Assembly (NCBI GenBank): GCA_051888545.1
Contig: JBJFBR010000243.1
Span: forward strand, 1-32,048
Direction: 5' to 3'
DNA from: Oscillospiraceae bacterium
Lineage (GTDB): Bacteria; Bacillota; Clostridia; Oscillospirales; Ruminococcaceae
DNA length: 32,048 nucleotides
Positions 18,154 through 27,078 of the stretch are shown here, piece by piece. Each line of letters starts with the position of its first letter. The first letter of the stretch is position 1. The notes under the pieces are model-generated. The model made no database searches and was not told where the DNA came from. It worked only from the letters and a program-made list of their open reading frames with translations. The position numbers and the translations under genes were made by a program.

Positions 18154-18759
18154 ATGGCACTTGAAAATAAATTAGGTCTGACAAGCTCTGCCGACCTTGC
18201 TCGTGAAGAAGAACGAATCAGCAAGAAAAAGGCGGCGGAACTTTTTGAAAAAGGCATTTTAGATAATCTTCCTGTCGGCAAGTTTTCGACATTGCAGGCA
18301 ATCCATAAATACCTCTTTGAGGACATTTACGACTTCGCAGGTGATCTCAGAACAGTCAATATTGCAAAGGGCAATTTCCGCTTTGCTCCCTTGATGTACT
18401 TGCAAGCGGCACTTGAGAATATCGATAAAATGCCGCAGTCAAACTTTGATGAGATAGTAGAAAAATATGTTGAGATGAATATTGCCCACCCGTTCCGAGA
18501 GGGCAACGGTCGCAGCACACGCATTTGGCTTGACCATATCTTGAAAAACGAAATCAGTAAAGTGGTGGACTGGAGTAAGGTGGATAAAGAAGATTATCTG
18601 CTGGCAATGGAGCGCAGTCCGATTAAAGATGTGGAAATCAAAGTGTTACTAAAAGGTGCGCTTACAGACGAAATAAACAGCCGTGAAGTCTATATGAAAG
18701 GCATCGACCACAGCTACTACTACGAGGGTTATACAACCTTTAAGACGGAAGAATTGTAA
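18154..18759 (+). CDS. Fic family protein (canonical AMPylation motif)
   Basis: HPFREGNGRSTR; GGAGG RBS before ATG 18154. Confidence 0.92.
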   Translation: MALENKLGLTSSADLAREEERISKKKAAELFEKGILDNLPVGKFSTLQAIHKYLFEDIYDFAGDLRTVNIAKGNFRFAPLMYLQAALENIDKMPQSNFDEIVEKYVEMNIAHPFREGNGRSTRIWLDHILKNEISKVVDWSKVDKEDYLLAMERSPIKDVEIKVLLKGALTDEINSREVYMKGIDHSYYYEGYTTFKTEEL

Positions 18760-18775
18760 GAAATGAGGTACAAAT

Positions 18776-19858
18776 ATGCCCGACAAGAATTGGCAATTTG
18801 AACTTGAAGAATATATAAAGCAGGGCGAACCTGAAAGAGCCGAAAAAAGCGAAGCTTGGCAAACTGCTATCGGTCTGCAGGCGGTTGACGGGCTGAAAAC
18901 CTCCGAATATTTGCTGGACACCGCAAAGGATCACATCGAGGGCAAAATCACCATTGACGAGGCTCAGAAGCGTATTCACAGCTATTACGAGCAGAGATCA
19001 ACCCGTACCGAAACCGAAAACGAAACAAAGGAAGCCGACATCGTTTCCGCAAGGATCACAAAGCTGTTGGGCGAAAAAGCGTTTCAGTTTTCTCCGGCAG
19101 AGTGGATTACCATTCACCGCAGATTGTTTGAGGGCGTATTTGACCACGCCGGACAAATCCGTCAGTATAACATTTCCAAAAAGGAATGGATACTGAATGG
19201 CGAAACGGTTATCTACGCTGATTGGGACAGCATAAAAGACACTTTGGATTATGATTTTTCCACCGAAAAACAGTTTTCCTATGAGGGGCTGTCGGTTGAA
19301 GCATCGGTAAAGCATCTTGCAAAATTTGCATCAGATATTTGGCAAATTCACCCTTTCGGCGAGGGTAACACAAGAGCTACCGCCGTGTTTATGATTAAGT
19401 ATATGAAAACTTTTGGTTTCCGTGTCAACAATGATGCGTTCCGTGAAAACTCTTGGTATTTCCGTAATGCATTGGTTCGAGCAAACTATAACGATTTGCA
19501 AAAAGGTATTCATTCCACCACAAAGTTTTTGGAATTGTTTTTCTCAAACCTTCTGCTCGGTACAAATTACAAATTAAAGAATCGCTATATGCACGTTGAT
19601 TTTGTGGATGAAAACGCTTCCCAAAGTATCAATTCTAAAGTTCCAAAGTCTCAATTTGACACTTTGGACTGCACTTTAGAGGAACTGGCGATTTTAGAAT
19701 TAATTGCAAAAAATCCAACTATCAAACAACAAGAAATGGGCGAAGCGACCGGAAAATCTCTCAGCACTATAAAGCGAATTATGAAATCGCTACAGGATAA
19801 AAACTATATCCGCCGTGAAAGCGGCAAACGCTACGGCAAATGGGAAGTTTTGGTTTGA
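18776..19858 (+). CDS. Fic family protein with N-terminal antitoxin-like helix and C-terminal winged HTH
   Basis: HPFGEGNTRAT; N-terminal AIGLQAVDG; C-terminal NPTIKQQEM..ATGKSLSTIKR. Confidence 0.85.
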   Translation: MPDKNWQFELEEYIKQGEPERAEKSEAWQTAIGLQAVDGLKTSEYLLDTAKDHIEGKITIDEAQKRIHSYYEQRSTRTETENETKEADIVSARITKLLGEKAFQFSPAEWITIHRRLFEGVFDHAGQIRQYNISKKEWILNGETVIYADWDSIKDTLDYDFSTEKQFSYEGLSVEASVKHLAKFASDIWQIHPFGEGNTRATAVFMIKYMKTFGFRVNNDAFRENSWYFRNALVRANYNDLQKGIHSTTKFLELFFSNLLLGTNYKLKNRYMHVDFVDENASQSINSKVPKSQFDTLDCTLEELAILELIAKNPTIKQQEMGEATGKSLSTIKRIMKSLQDKNYIRRESGKRYGKWEVLV

Positions 19859-19881
19859 AATATAAGAATTGAGGTTAAAAA

Positions 19882-20922
19882 ATGCAAAACAACTCGATTT
19901 TAAATAAAGCAAAATATTCTGAAAACACTGATGAATGGTATACAGATTACAGCACGGTTGAAAGTGAATTATCCCATTATATTGAACATTTTTCTGATAA
20001 AATTGTATTGTGCAATTGTGATGATCCGTATGAATCTGCGTTCTCAAGATATTTCTTGAAAAACTTTAATGTTTTAAAATTAAAAAAATTAATATGTACA
20101 TCGTATAAAGGCTCTCGCATTCTTGAAAAACTTCAAATAACCGACAATAAAAATCAAAGATTAAATAAAAATTCTGCTTATGTAATGATCGTCGAAAGTA
20201 AGCATTTCAAAAGTAAACCATATATAGATGACGATGATATCATTGATTTTTTGAATGGCAATAACGTTGTAACTAAGTTAAAGGGCGATGGCGACTTTCG
20301 AAGCGAAGAATGCATTGAGTATCTAAAAGAAGCAGATATTATCGTAACAAACCCTCCATTCTCAAAATTCATAGAATTGTTTTCATTGATTATTAAATAC
20401 AACAAAAAGTTTTTGCTAATAGGCAATCAAAATGCAATAACCTATAAAGAAGTTTTTCCTTATATAAAAAATGGTGAAGCTTGGATTGGTTATTGCTTTG
20501 GAGATATGAAATTCAAAGTTCCAAGCGATACAAAGCCAAGAAAAACCCGTTTTTGGATAGATGAAAACGGTCAAAAATGGCGCAGTTTAGGTAATGCAAT
20601 GTGGCTTACCAATTTGGATAATGAAAGAAAACACAAGGAATTAGTTTTAACTGCCTATTACGATCCGAATAAGTATCCGTATTATGATAACTACAATGCT
20701 ATTAACGTATCAAGGGTCATTGATATTCCGATGGATTTCACTGGTGTTATGGGTGTCCCCTTAACATACTTAAAGTATCATAACGACGAACAGTTTGAAA
20801 TTGTCGGCGAAGCAAACCACGGTTCTGACAATGAATACGATTTGTTCAAGCCCATAATAGACGGCAAAGAAATATTCAAACGAATACTAATAAAAAACAA
20901 GAAATGTGTGGTGAGAAAATGA
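19882..20922 (+). CDS. Adenine-specific DNA methyltransferase, EcoRI-methylase-like family
   Basis: DEWYT, VLCNCDD, GDGDFRS and IIVTNPPFS motifs. Confidence 0.88.
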   Translation: MQNNSILNKAKYSENTDEWYTDYSTVESELSHYIEHFSDKIVLCNCDDPYESAFSRYFLKNFNVLKLKKLICTSYKGSRILEKLQITDNKNQRLNKNSAYVMIVESKHFKSKPYIDDDDIIDFLNGNNVVTKLKGDGDFRSEECIEYLKEADIIVTNPPFSKFIELFSLIIKYNKKFLLIGNQNAITYKEVFPYIKNGEAWIGYCFGDMKFKVPSDTKPRKTRFWIDENGQKWRSLGNAMWLTNLDNERKHKELVLTAYYDPNKYPYYDNYNAINVSRVIDIPMDFTGVMGVPLTYLKYHNDEQFEIVGEANHGSDNEYDLFKPIIDGKEIFKRILIKNKKCVVRK

Positions 20923-21986
20923 AGTTCAAAATTTTGGATTTGTTTTGTGGAGCCGGCGGATTATCTTATGGAATGCATAAAAATCCGCATTTTGAAACAG
21001 TCGTTGCTTTAGATGTAAATGAGAATTTAGCAATTACCTTAAAAAAGAATATGCCTAAAGTCAATGTTGTTGTTGGAGACATAAAAGAAACTGCAATAAA
21101 AGAAAAAGTCATAGATTTATCGCTTAAGTCTGGTGTAAATATGATTGTAGGCGGGCCACCGTGCCAAGGCTACTCGATGAAAGGAAAAAAGTTGGGATTA
21201 GAAGATCCACGCAACTTCCTGTTTATAGAATATTTGAATTTTGTTGAAAGACTTCAGCCTGATGTTTTTGTTATAGAGAATGTAAAAACATTGCTGTCTA
21301 CATCTAAAGGATGGTTTAAGGAGCAAATTCTCTCCGCTATTGAAAGGTTGGGCTATTTTGTTGATGTTGGAGTATTAAAAGCTACTGACTTCGGTGTGCC
21401 GCAATCAAGAGAAAGAACAATATTTATTTGTAGTAAAAAGAAAAAGATAAATCTTCCGTTACCAACCGTCGAAAAGCCTGTTACTGTAAAGGATGCCATA
21501 AGTGATTTAGCCTATTTGAATTCAGGTGAGGGCGATTTTGAATTAGAATACACTACAAAAGCTACATCTGAATATCAAAAACTTATGCGTGCAAATAGCT
21601 CAAAATTATATAATCACAAAGCATCGAATCACGCTGAAATAGCTATTAAAAAGTTAGCAATGATTCCACCGGAAAAAGGTAAAGAGTGTTTGCCAAAAGA
21701 AATGCTCGGGAAACAGCAATTCAATTCGACTTGGGGCAGATTAAAATGGGATGAGCCTTCACCTACTATAGACACAAGATTTGATGCCGCATCTAACGGC
21801 ACAAACAATCATCCTTTTTTACATCGTGCAATCACTCCGAGAGAAGCCGCTAGATTGCAATCATTTGACGATAACTACATCTTTTATGGTACGAAAGTTG
21901 CTGTAAGAACACAAATAGGCAATGCTGTCCCCCCACTGATGGCAAAGGCAATTGCAGATAAAATTTATACGGAGATAGGAGAATGA
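20919..21986 (+). CDS. DNA (cytosine-5)-methyltransferase
   Basis: DLFCGAGG, GGPPCQG, ENV, QSRER, REAARLQSF and QIGNAVPP motifs; ATGA overlap with the upstream MTase. Confidence 0.96.
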   Translation: MKFKILDLFCGAGGLSYGMHKNPHFETVVALDVNENLAITLKKNMPKVNVVVGDIKETAIKEKVIDLSLKSGVNMIVGGPPCQGYSMKGKKLGLEDPRNFLFIEYLNFVERLQPDVFVIENVKTLLSTSKGWFKEQILSAIERLGYFVDVGVLKATDFGVPQSRERTIFICSKKKKINLPLPTVEKPVTVKDAISDLAYLNSGEGDFELEYTTKATSEYQKLMRANSSKLYNHKASNHAEIAIKKLAMIPPEKGKECLPKEMLGKQQFNSTWGRLKWDEPSPTIDTRFDAASNGTNNHPFLHRAITPREAARLQSFDDNYIFYGTKVAVRTQIGNAVPPLMAKAIADKIYTEIGE

Positions 21987-22324
21987 TTATGTATAGAGAT
22001 TTACTTGATTTTTTAAGGAATGAAGAATTCTTTATTGAAGCAGAGGCAAAACCTTCAAGAATGCGAAATTTTGTAAACGAATATAACGCAACATATGATG
22101 AAAATTTAACATTCGAAGATCCGGGTATGATTATTCTACAAGAGGATGCTAATAAATGGGGGTTGGAATTAAGACTCTATGTGTATAACCGTCCCCCAGA
22201 AAACATATACCAACTAGGTTTTACTCATAATGATGCGTATAGAGACAACTTTTCTTTCAGATTAAACGATAACGACGTCGTCAATTTTCTGTTTGAACAA
22301 GGATACAGAATTGGATTTAATTAA
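21983..22324 (+). CDS. Hypothetical protein (113 aa)
   Basis: ATGA overlap with the C5-MTase stop; AGGAG RBS; no motif recognised. Confidence 0.75.
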   Translation: MIMYRDLLDFLRNEEFFIEAEAKPSRMRNFVNEYNATYDENLTFEDPGMIILQEDANKWGLELRLYVYNRPPENIYQLGFTHNDAYRDNFSFRLNDNDVVNFLFEQGYRIGFN

Positions 22325-22336
22325 CGGGGTGTTAAT

Positions 22337-23209
22337 ATGAATACACAAATGGCATATCTTATCGGTATGATTCTCGGTAATGGTGAGGTTCAACGAAAAA
22401 CAGATACGACAACCATTACCATCGAATTGCCTCATAAAAACTTGATTGATGATGAAGGAAGAGAAGTAGCAGTTTACGTTAAAAGTAGTTTGGCTGATAT
22501 TAGAAGCGTTATCGAACCTTTAATTGGGCACTCCTTGCCTATATCTGAAACCAAAAAGGCTACACAATTTTCATTTACAAAACCCAATGAAGATTATACT
22601 ATGCGTGAAATCCTTAGATTTATTGGAAATGGCGTTCATCATTCAACTATGACTATGAATAGCGAACTTTTCAGTATGACAACCGATGAAAAGAAAGAAC
22701 TATTGCGAGGAATGGCCGATGTAACAGGATATATCCGCAGAAGTAATATCGCTTTTGGTCAAGAGGGATGGCATAGAGTTTACATAGAAATTCCCGGCAA
22801 TTGGCAGTTAGTTATCGACATAGCCAATATGCTTAAGGATTTAGACATCCCTGTTCAGACAATAGATTTTGGTCATCCAAATTTCAGGGATTCAAACCTA
22901 AAAAAATATAATGAAGGCAAAAAATACTATTGGAAAAAGGAACATCAAGTTAAAATTTGGGCAAATGAGTTTCTACCAATTGGTTTTAACATTGTACATA
23001 AGCAGCGAGCATTAGAAAAGTATGCCGACGAATTGCTTGAATACTTGGATGAAAACAAAACTCACAAGTTTTATTGGGAGAAGCCTCTCAAACGTAAAAA
23101 TCGCCCGTTCCATCCTATGGTTAATGATGATCTCATCCCAGAAATCATCCGAGGAAAACATTATGAATCTTGGACACTGTTAGCAAAGGATTTAGGTTAT
23201 GGTGAATAA
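22337..23209 (+). CDS. Double-motif LAGLIDADG-like protein with degenerate catalytic positions
   Basis: AYLIGMILGNG (res 6-16) and LLRGMADVTG (res 122-131), each followed by a beta-strand-like segment. Confidence 0.55.
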   Translation: MNTQMAYLIGMILGNGEVQRKTDTTTITIELPHKNLIDDEGREVAVYVKSSLADIRSVIEPLIGHSLPISETKKATQFSFTKPNEDYTMREILRFIGNGVHHSTMTMNSELFSMTTDEKKELLRGMADVTGYIRRSNIAFGQEGWHRVYIEIPGNWQLVIDIANMLKDLDIPVQTIDFGHPNFRDSNLKKYNEGKKYYWKKEHQVKIWANEFLPIGFNIVHKQRALEKYADELLEYLDENKTHKFYWEKPLKRKNRPFHPMVNDDLIPEIIRGKHYESWTLLAKDLGYGE

Positions 23210-23702
23210 TGTAAAAAGAGAAGTCGAACTTTATGCAGGAATGTGCGATTGGTTAGAAATATACTTAAATGATAAGTACCATTCTAAAAAATGCGATATT
23301 TTTGTTGTCGATTGCCACTCTGTAAATCTTGATTCAGTATTAGAACAATATGGAATTATCAAATACTATCCTCAAGCAGTCGGATTAAAAATAGAAATTG
23401 ATGTTCTTGGTATGGTTATATGGGGAAACAAGGCAGAAATCTTCTTTATTGAAGCCAAGAAAACACAATTGACTTTACAAAATTTAGGACAACTTCTTGT
23501 TTACTGCAAACTCTGTAATCCTGAAGAAGCATTCCTATTATCATCCGCAGGTTTAGGGAGCTTAGATAAGGTTCTGAACGTTTTGGGAAGGGAGGATTTG
23601 TTGGACTTTGGAACCGGGAAACGAATCAAGAAAATTAAAGCTGCTAAATGGGACACGGCGAGAAATATAATTGATCACCATTCCATCATCCCCAAAATAT
23701 AA
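23199..23702 (+). CDS. Small PD-(D/E)XK-family nuclease
   Basis: E8, IDV (D68), IEAK (E85/K87) and GQLLVY (QxxxY); overlaps the upstream gene by 11 bp. Confidence 0.65.
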   Translation: MVNNVKREVELYAGMCDWLEIYLNDKYHSKKCDIFVVDCHSVNLDSVLEQYGIIKYYPQAVGLKIEIDVLGMVIWGNKAEIFFIEAKKTQLTLQNLGQLLVYCKLCNPEEAFLLSSAGLGSLDKVLNVLGREDLLDFGTGKRIKKIKAAKWDTARNIIDHHSIIPKI

Positions 23703-23740
23703 ATTAGTATATAAATTTAAACGAAACGAGGACAAAGCTT

Positions 23741-24838
23741 ATGGCTGATATTTTCCAAACAGAAAATGAAACATATGAAATTGATGTACCAAAAGAAAAA
23801 AGATATTTAAACACAATGTCTTATGACTATTCTGTGCAATACATCTATGATTTGATTAAAAAAGGCAAAATAATTCTTGAAGTACCTTTCCAAAGAAAAC
23901 AAATTTGGAAAACAGACAAAGCATCTTCTCTTATTGAGTCAATAATTATGAATGTACCCATTCCGCCGCTTTACTTTGCTGAGGAAGAAAATGGGAGTTG
24001 GCTCGTGTTAGACGGCCTGCAGAGACTGTCTAGTATTAGGAATTTTTATGATAATGAGTTTGCTCTGACAAAATTAGAAGTTCTTACAGATCTAAATAAG
24101 ATAAAATATAAAGATCTACCGCCCAAATCTAAGAGCCTTCTTGATGATGGTATGTTACGTGTTAACGTAATAAAAAAAGATTCTCACAGAGACATTAAAT
24201 ATGACATTTTTATGCGTTTGAATCGTGGTGCTGTAACATTGAATTATCAAGAGCTCAGGAACTGTATGTATAGAGGAAACCTTAACGATGCGGCTAAAGA
24301 GCTTTGTAAGGAAAACACTGACTTTTTGAAAATACTGAAACAGAAAGCCCCACACCAGCGTTATTTGGATGTTGAATTTATAATCAGGTATTTTGCAATG
24401 AGCGATAATATAGCTATTGATGAGAATGGCGATGTTTATATTGAGGGGTATAAAGGCAAATTGGTTCAATTTATAAATGAGTATATGGATACTCATAAAG
24501 ATTGTACCGAGGAAGAAAAGCAAGGATACAAAGATCGTTTTAACTCAACGATAGAAAAAGTTGTAACTGTATTTGGTACCGATGAAGCATTTAGAGATAT
24601 TAGCACCGGCAACACCAAGATATACAAAACAATTGCAGATTTTATTATGCCGAGTCTCGAACGAATGAGCAAAGAATTTGTCGAAGCAAATACAGAGCAA
24701 ATTTATAACCGTCTTAAATCTTTTTTGATGATAGATGATATCAAGGACTCCTTATCAAAAAGAACATCTGATAAAGATATTGTAAATAAGCGTGTTAAAA
24801 TGTGGTTTAAGGAGTTTGAAGATGCCATATCATTATGA
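23741..24838 (+). CDS. DUF262 (ParB/Srx-like, GmrS-like) domain protein
   Basis: FQR..IW, LIESI..VPIP, DGLQRL and IFMRLNRG..L...ELRN motifs. Confidence 0.9.
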   Translation: MADIFQTENETYEIDVPKEKRYLNTMSYDYSVQYIYDLIKKGKIILEVPFQRKQIWKTDKASSLIESIIMNVPIPPLYFAEEENGSWLVLDGLQRLSSIRNFYDNEFALTKLEVLTDLNKIKYKDLPPKSKSLLDDGMLRVNVIKKDSHRDIKYDIFMRLNRGAVTLNYQELRNCMYRGNLNDAAKELCKENTDFLKILKQKAPHQRYLDVEFIIRYFAMSDNIAIDENGDVYIEGYKGKLVQFINEYMDTHKDCTEEEKQGYKDRFNSTIEKVVTVFGTDEAFRDISTGNTKIYKTIADFIMPSLERMSKEFVEANTEQIYNRLKSFLMIDDIKDSLSKRTSDKDIVNKRVKMWFKEFEDAISL

Positions 24839-25466
24839 GGCAACTTCAGAATTCATGCAAAGTGTTTCTGAGGTTGAAAAGCTGACTACTTTGGCTTCCT
24901 CTGATGATGAAAATCGAACATTGTTTTTAAAATTAGCGGTTGTATCATTAGTTACCAAGTTTCAAGTATTTGTAGAAAAAGCGCTTGATGAATTCAGGTA
25001 TAACCTTAATGGCATGACCAGCGGAAGTTTGCCGCTGTATATGAAAATGAATGCCATACGTTTAAGTGTAATGGATGGTAATGCATTAATAGGTATACAG
25101 AAGCATCATTTCACAGAGGAAAAGAAAACCAAGATTGTAAACTATTTAAATTCAATATCTTTCATATCAGATGAAGATGCAGAAATAGATGAGTCTTTTA
25201 TGTTTAAGACAAAGTTTCCTTTAGGAAAGACTGGCAAAGGAGAATTAGTTGAATTGCTGTCCCAAATAGATGGCGACCAAAATCCTTTTGAAAATTTTGA
25301 CACGGACGATTTTGACAAACTTGATTCGGTTTTACAGACAAGACATCTAATCATTCATCAAGACAGATTTACTGGTACAGAAACAACTGTAACAGACAAT
25401 GTTTCCTTTATTAAGAATCTTGTTGAATACATAGATGAATACTTGTTTTTAAAAGCACCAATTTAG
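24822..25466 (+). CDS. HEPN domain protein
   Basis: Helical protein with RHLIIH (RxxxxH) near the C-terminus; AAGGAG RBS; overlaps the DUF262 gene. Confidence 0.7.
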   Translation: MPYHYEATSEFMQSVSEVEKLTTLASSDDENRTLFLKLAVVSLVTKFQVFVEKALDEFRYNLNGMTSGSLPLYMKMNAIRLSVMDGNALIGIQKHHFTEEKKTKIVNYLNSISFISDEDAEIDESFMFKTKFPLGKTGKGELVELLSQIDGDQNPFENFDTDDFDKLDSVLQTRHLIIHQDRFTGTETTVTDNVSFIKNLVEYIDEYLFLKAPI

Positions 25467-25471
25467 CAAGC

Positions 25472-25504
25472 AACAGGCACGGAAGTAAACCTCCCGTGCC
25501 TGTT
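25472..25504. terminator. Hairpin between convergent genes, probable bidirectional terminator
   Basis: AACAGGCACGG / CCGTGCCTGTT. Confidence 0.7.
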
Positions 25505-25505
25505 A

Positions 25506-25652
25506 CTATTTTGAGAATTTTATTATGACTTCATCTACTCCGTCGGTGTATTTACCTTGAGTTAAGAGTTTATTTCGGAAATTGAGCAAACATTGAATTA
25601 TAAGGCGGTACTCAGAGTTGGTTAGGCGTAGATAGTATTTTCGTTTTCTCAT
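25506..25652 (-). CDS. Small hypothetical protein (48 aa), not in the ORF track
   Basis: MRKRKYYLRLTNSEYRLIIQCLLNFRNKLLTQGKYTDGVDEVIIKFSK*; ATGA overlap with the tnpV stop; ends at the terminator. Confidence 0.6.
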   Translation of the reverse strand: MRKRKYYLRLTNSEYRLIIQCLLNFRNKLLTQGKYTDGVDEVIIKFSK

Positions 25653-26026
25653 ATAAACAACACTTCTGAATTAACAACCTCAGTTGCTCTACTACGGATA
25701 TTATTCATCTTCCGCACCCACGCCATTTGGTCGGCGGATTTGAGTTGTTCGGTCACTCCCTCTTTTTCGGCGTATTCTTTTACCAGCCGGAGAAAAAGTT
25801 GTTGTGCCTGTTCTTCGATGTCGGCAAGGTGGGAATGTAGTTTGCCGGAAGTGAGTAGATTGTAGTACAGCACCTTATGATGCTGCTTCAAATATCGTTT
25901 GTGTCTTAATGCCCACACACCGATATTACCCGGTTCTTTTTCCACCGGTAATGATAAGTCCGGCAAGAGATAGTCACCAATCTGTGTATAAGTGCCGCCG
26001 AGTTGTTCAAATAATGTGTCAGTCAT
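25649..26026 (-). CDS. tnpV: TnpV family protein
   Basis: GGTYTQIGDYLLPDL, GVTEQLK..DQMAWV.KMNNIR; GGAGG RBS before ATG 26026. Confidence 0.88.
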   Translation of the reverse strand: MTDTLFEQLGGTYTQIGDYLLPDLSLPVEKEPGNIGVWALRHKRYLKQHHKVLYYNLLTSGKLHSHLADIEEQAQQLFLRLVKEYAEKEGVTEQLKSADQMAWVRKMNNIRSRATEVVNSEVLFI

Positions 26027-26218
26027 AGTAAAAAACCTCCTTTGATACTTAGATTGTATCAAAAGAGGTTTTCTTTTTCGAATGTGCGATTTATGAATTT
26101 GCAAATTATGCTCGTGCCAAAAATTACAACGAATATTTTCAAACCTGTGCCACTTTTTACAGCGAACATACCGAATATTCAGTGAAAAACCACCCCAAAG
26201 CAAAAATTCAGCGAATAT

Positions 26219-26806
26219 TCACTCTTTTGTTTTCAATCCTCGTATCACTTGCCAACGGGGGAATTCTCGCAGCACCCGGATATGCCAATCAGATTTGCGG
26301 ATAATGGTGCGAAAATATTTCGAGCAAAAAAATTCTATTAAATAGACTTTCGGAATATGATTCACATTGTTTCTTTTGAACGATTTAAGATGTCCTTTCC
26401 TGCACCAATCATTTATTGACGTTGTGCCGTAGCCGATTATTTTTGATATTTCGGTCGCAGTCAGCACATCGGGATACTGTGCAAACAGTTCCGTGTAATA
26501 CAGCTTCATATTTTCAAGAACCGGTTCGGGTACTTCGGCTTTCATTTTTACGGCATAGTTCCCCTTGTACCAACCTGCCGGTGCGGAATAAGATTCGGGG
26601 AATACTTTTCTCTTTTCAAGATATGTAATAACATCGGCCTTTTTGATTTTGTAACAGCGAGTTTTCTTGCCCGTGTATTCGCACGGTATCTTGCCGCTGC
26701 GAAGCAGATACAACGCCGTTGATTTGCTGATATGGCAGATTTGATAGAGTTGGTCTTTGGTAATAATATCAGGAATCGAATCCCAGTTGATTGCAGTTTC
26801 ATTCAT
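26219..26806 (-). CDS. Tandem HTH_17 DNA-binding protein
   Basis: Two repeats: PDIITKDQLY.ICHISK.TA.YLL and YPDVLT..EIS.IIGY..TSINDW. Confidence 0.75.
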   Translation of the reverse strand: MNETAINWDSIPDIITKDQLYQICHISKSTALYLLRSGKIPCEYTGKKTRCYKIKKADVITYLEKRKVFPESYSAPAGWYKGNYAVKMKAEVPEPVLENMKLYYTELFAQYPDVLTATEISKIIGYGTTSINDWCRKGHLKSFKRNNVNHIPKVYLIEFFCSKYFRTIIRKSDWHIRVLREFPRWQVIRGLKTKE

Positions 26807-26878
26807 AGCAATACACCTCGTAAATGTTTTAGTCGGTGCAGGTTTTTCCCGTGTATTGCCGTTGTTAATGTGTTTATT

Positions 26879-26926
26879 CTGTTCTTTCCGCAGTTCTTTC
26901 CAAAATAGTGCCTGTTCTTTCCGAAA
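26879..26926. repeat. GTTCTTTCC repeats at the right end, putative integrase arm-type sites
   Basis: Direct copies at 26881, 26893 and 26914. Confidence 0.75.
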
Positions 26927-27078
26927 ACAGCGAAAATGCCGTTATTCGAACTTTCCTGTATTTATCGGGATTTCTGCGGCGCAACCGCTAAAAAGCCTTT
27001 AATTTCAAGCATTTTCGGCGAATAGAAAACCGCCCGAAACTGCCTTCAAAAATCGCTAAACTGCCATTAACCCATAAA

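Noticed and set aside
26879-26926. CRISPR-like array from GTTCTTTCC repeats
   Set aside because: Repeats are 9-15 bp with irregular short spacing and no cas genes are present.
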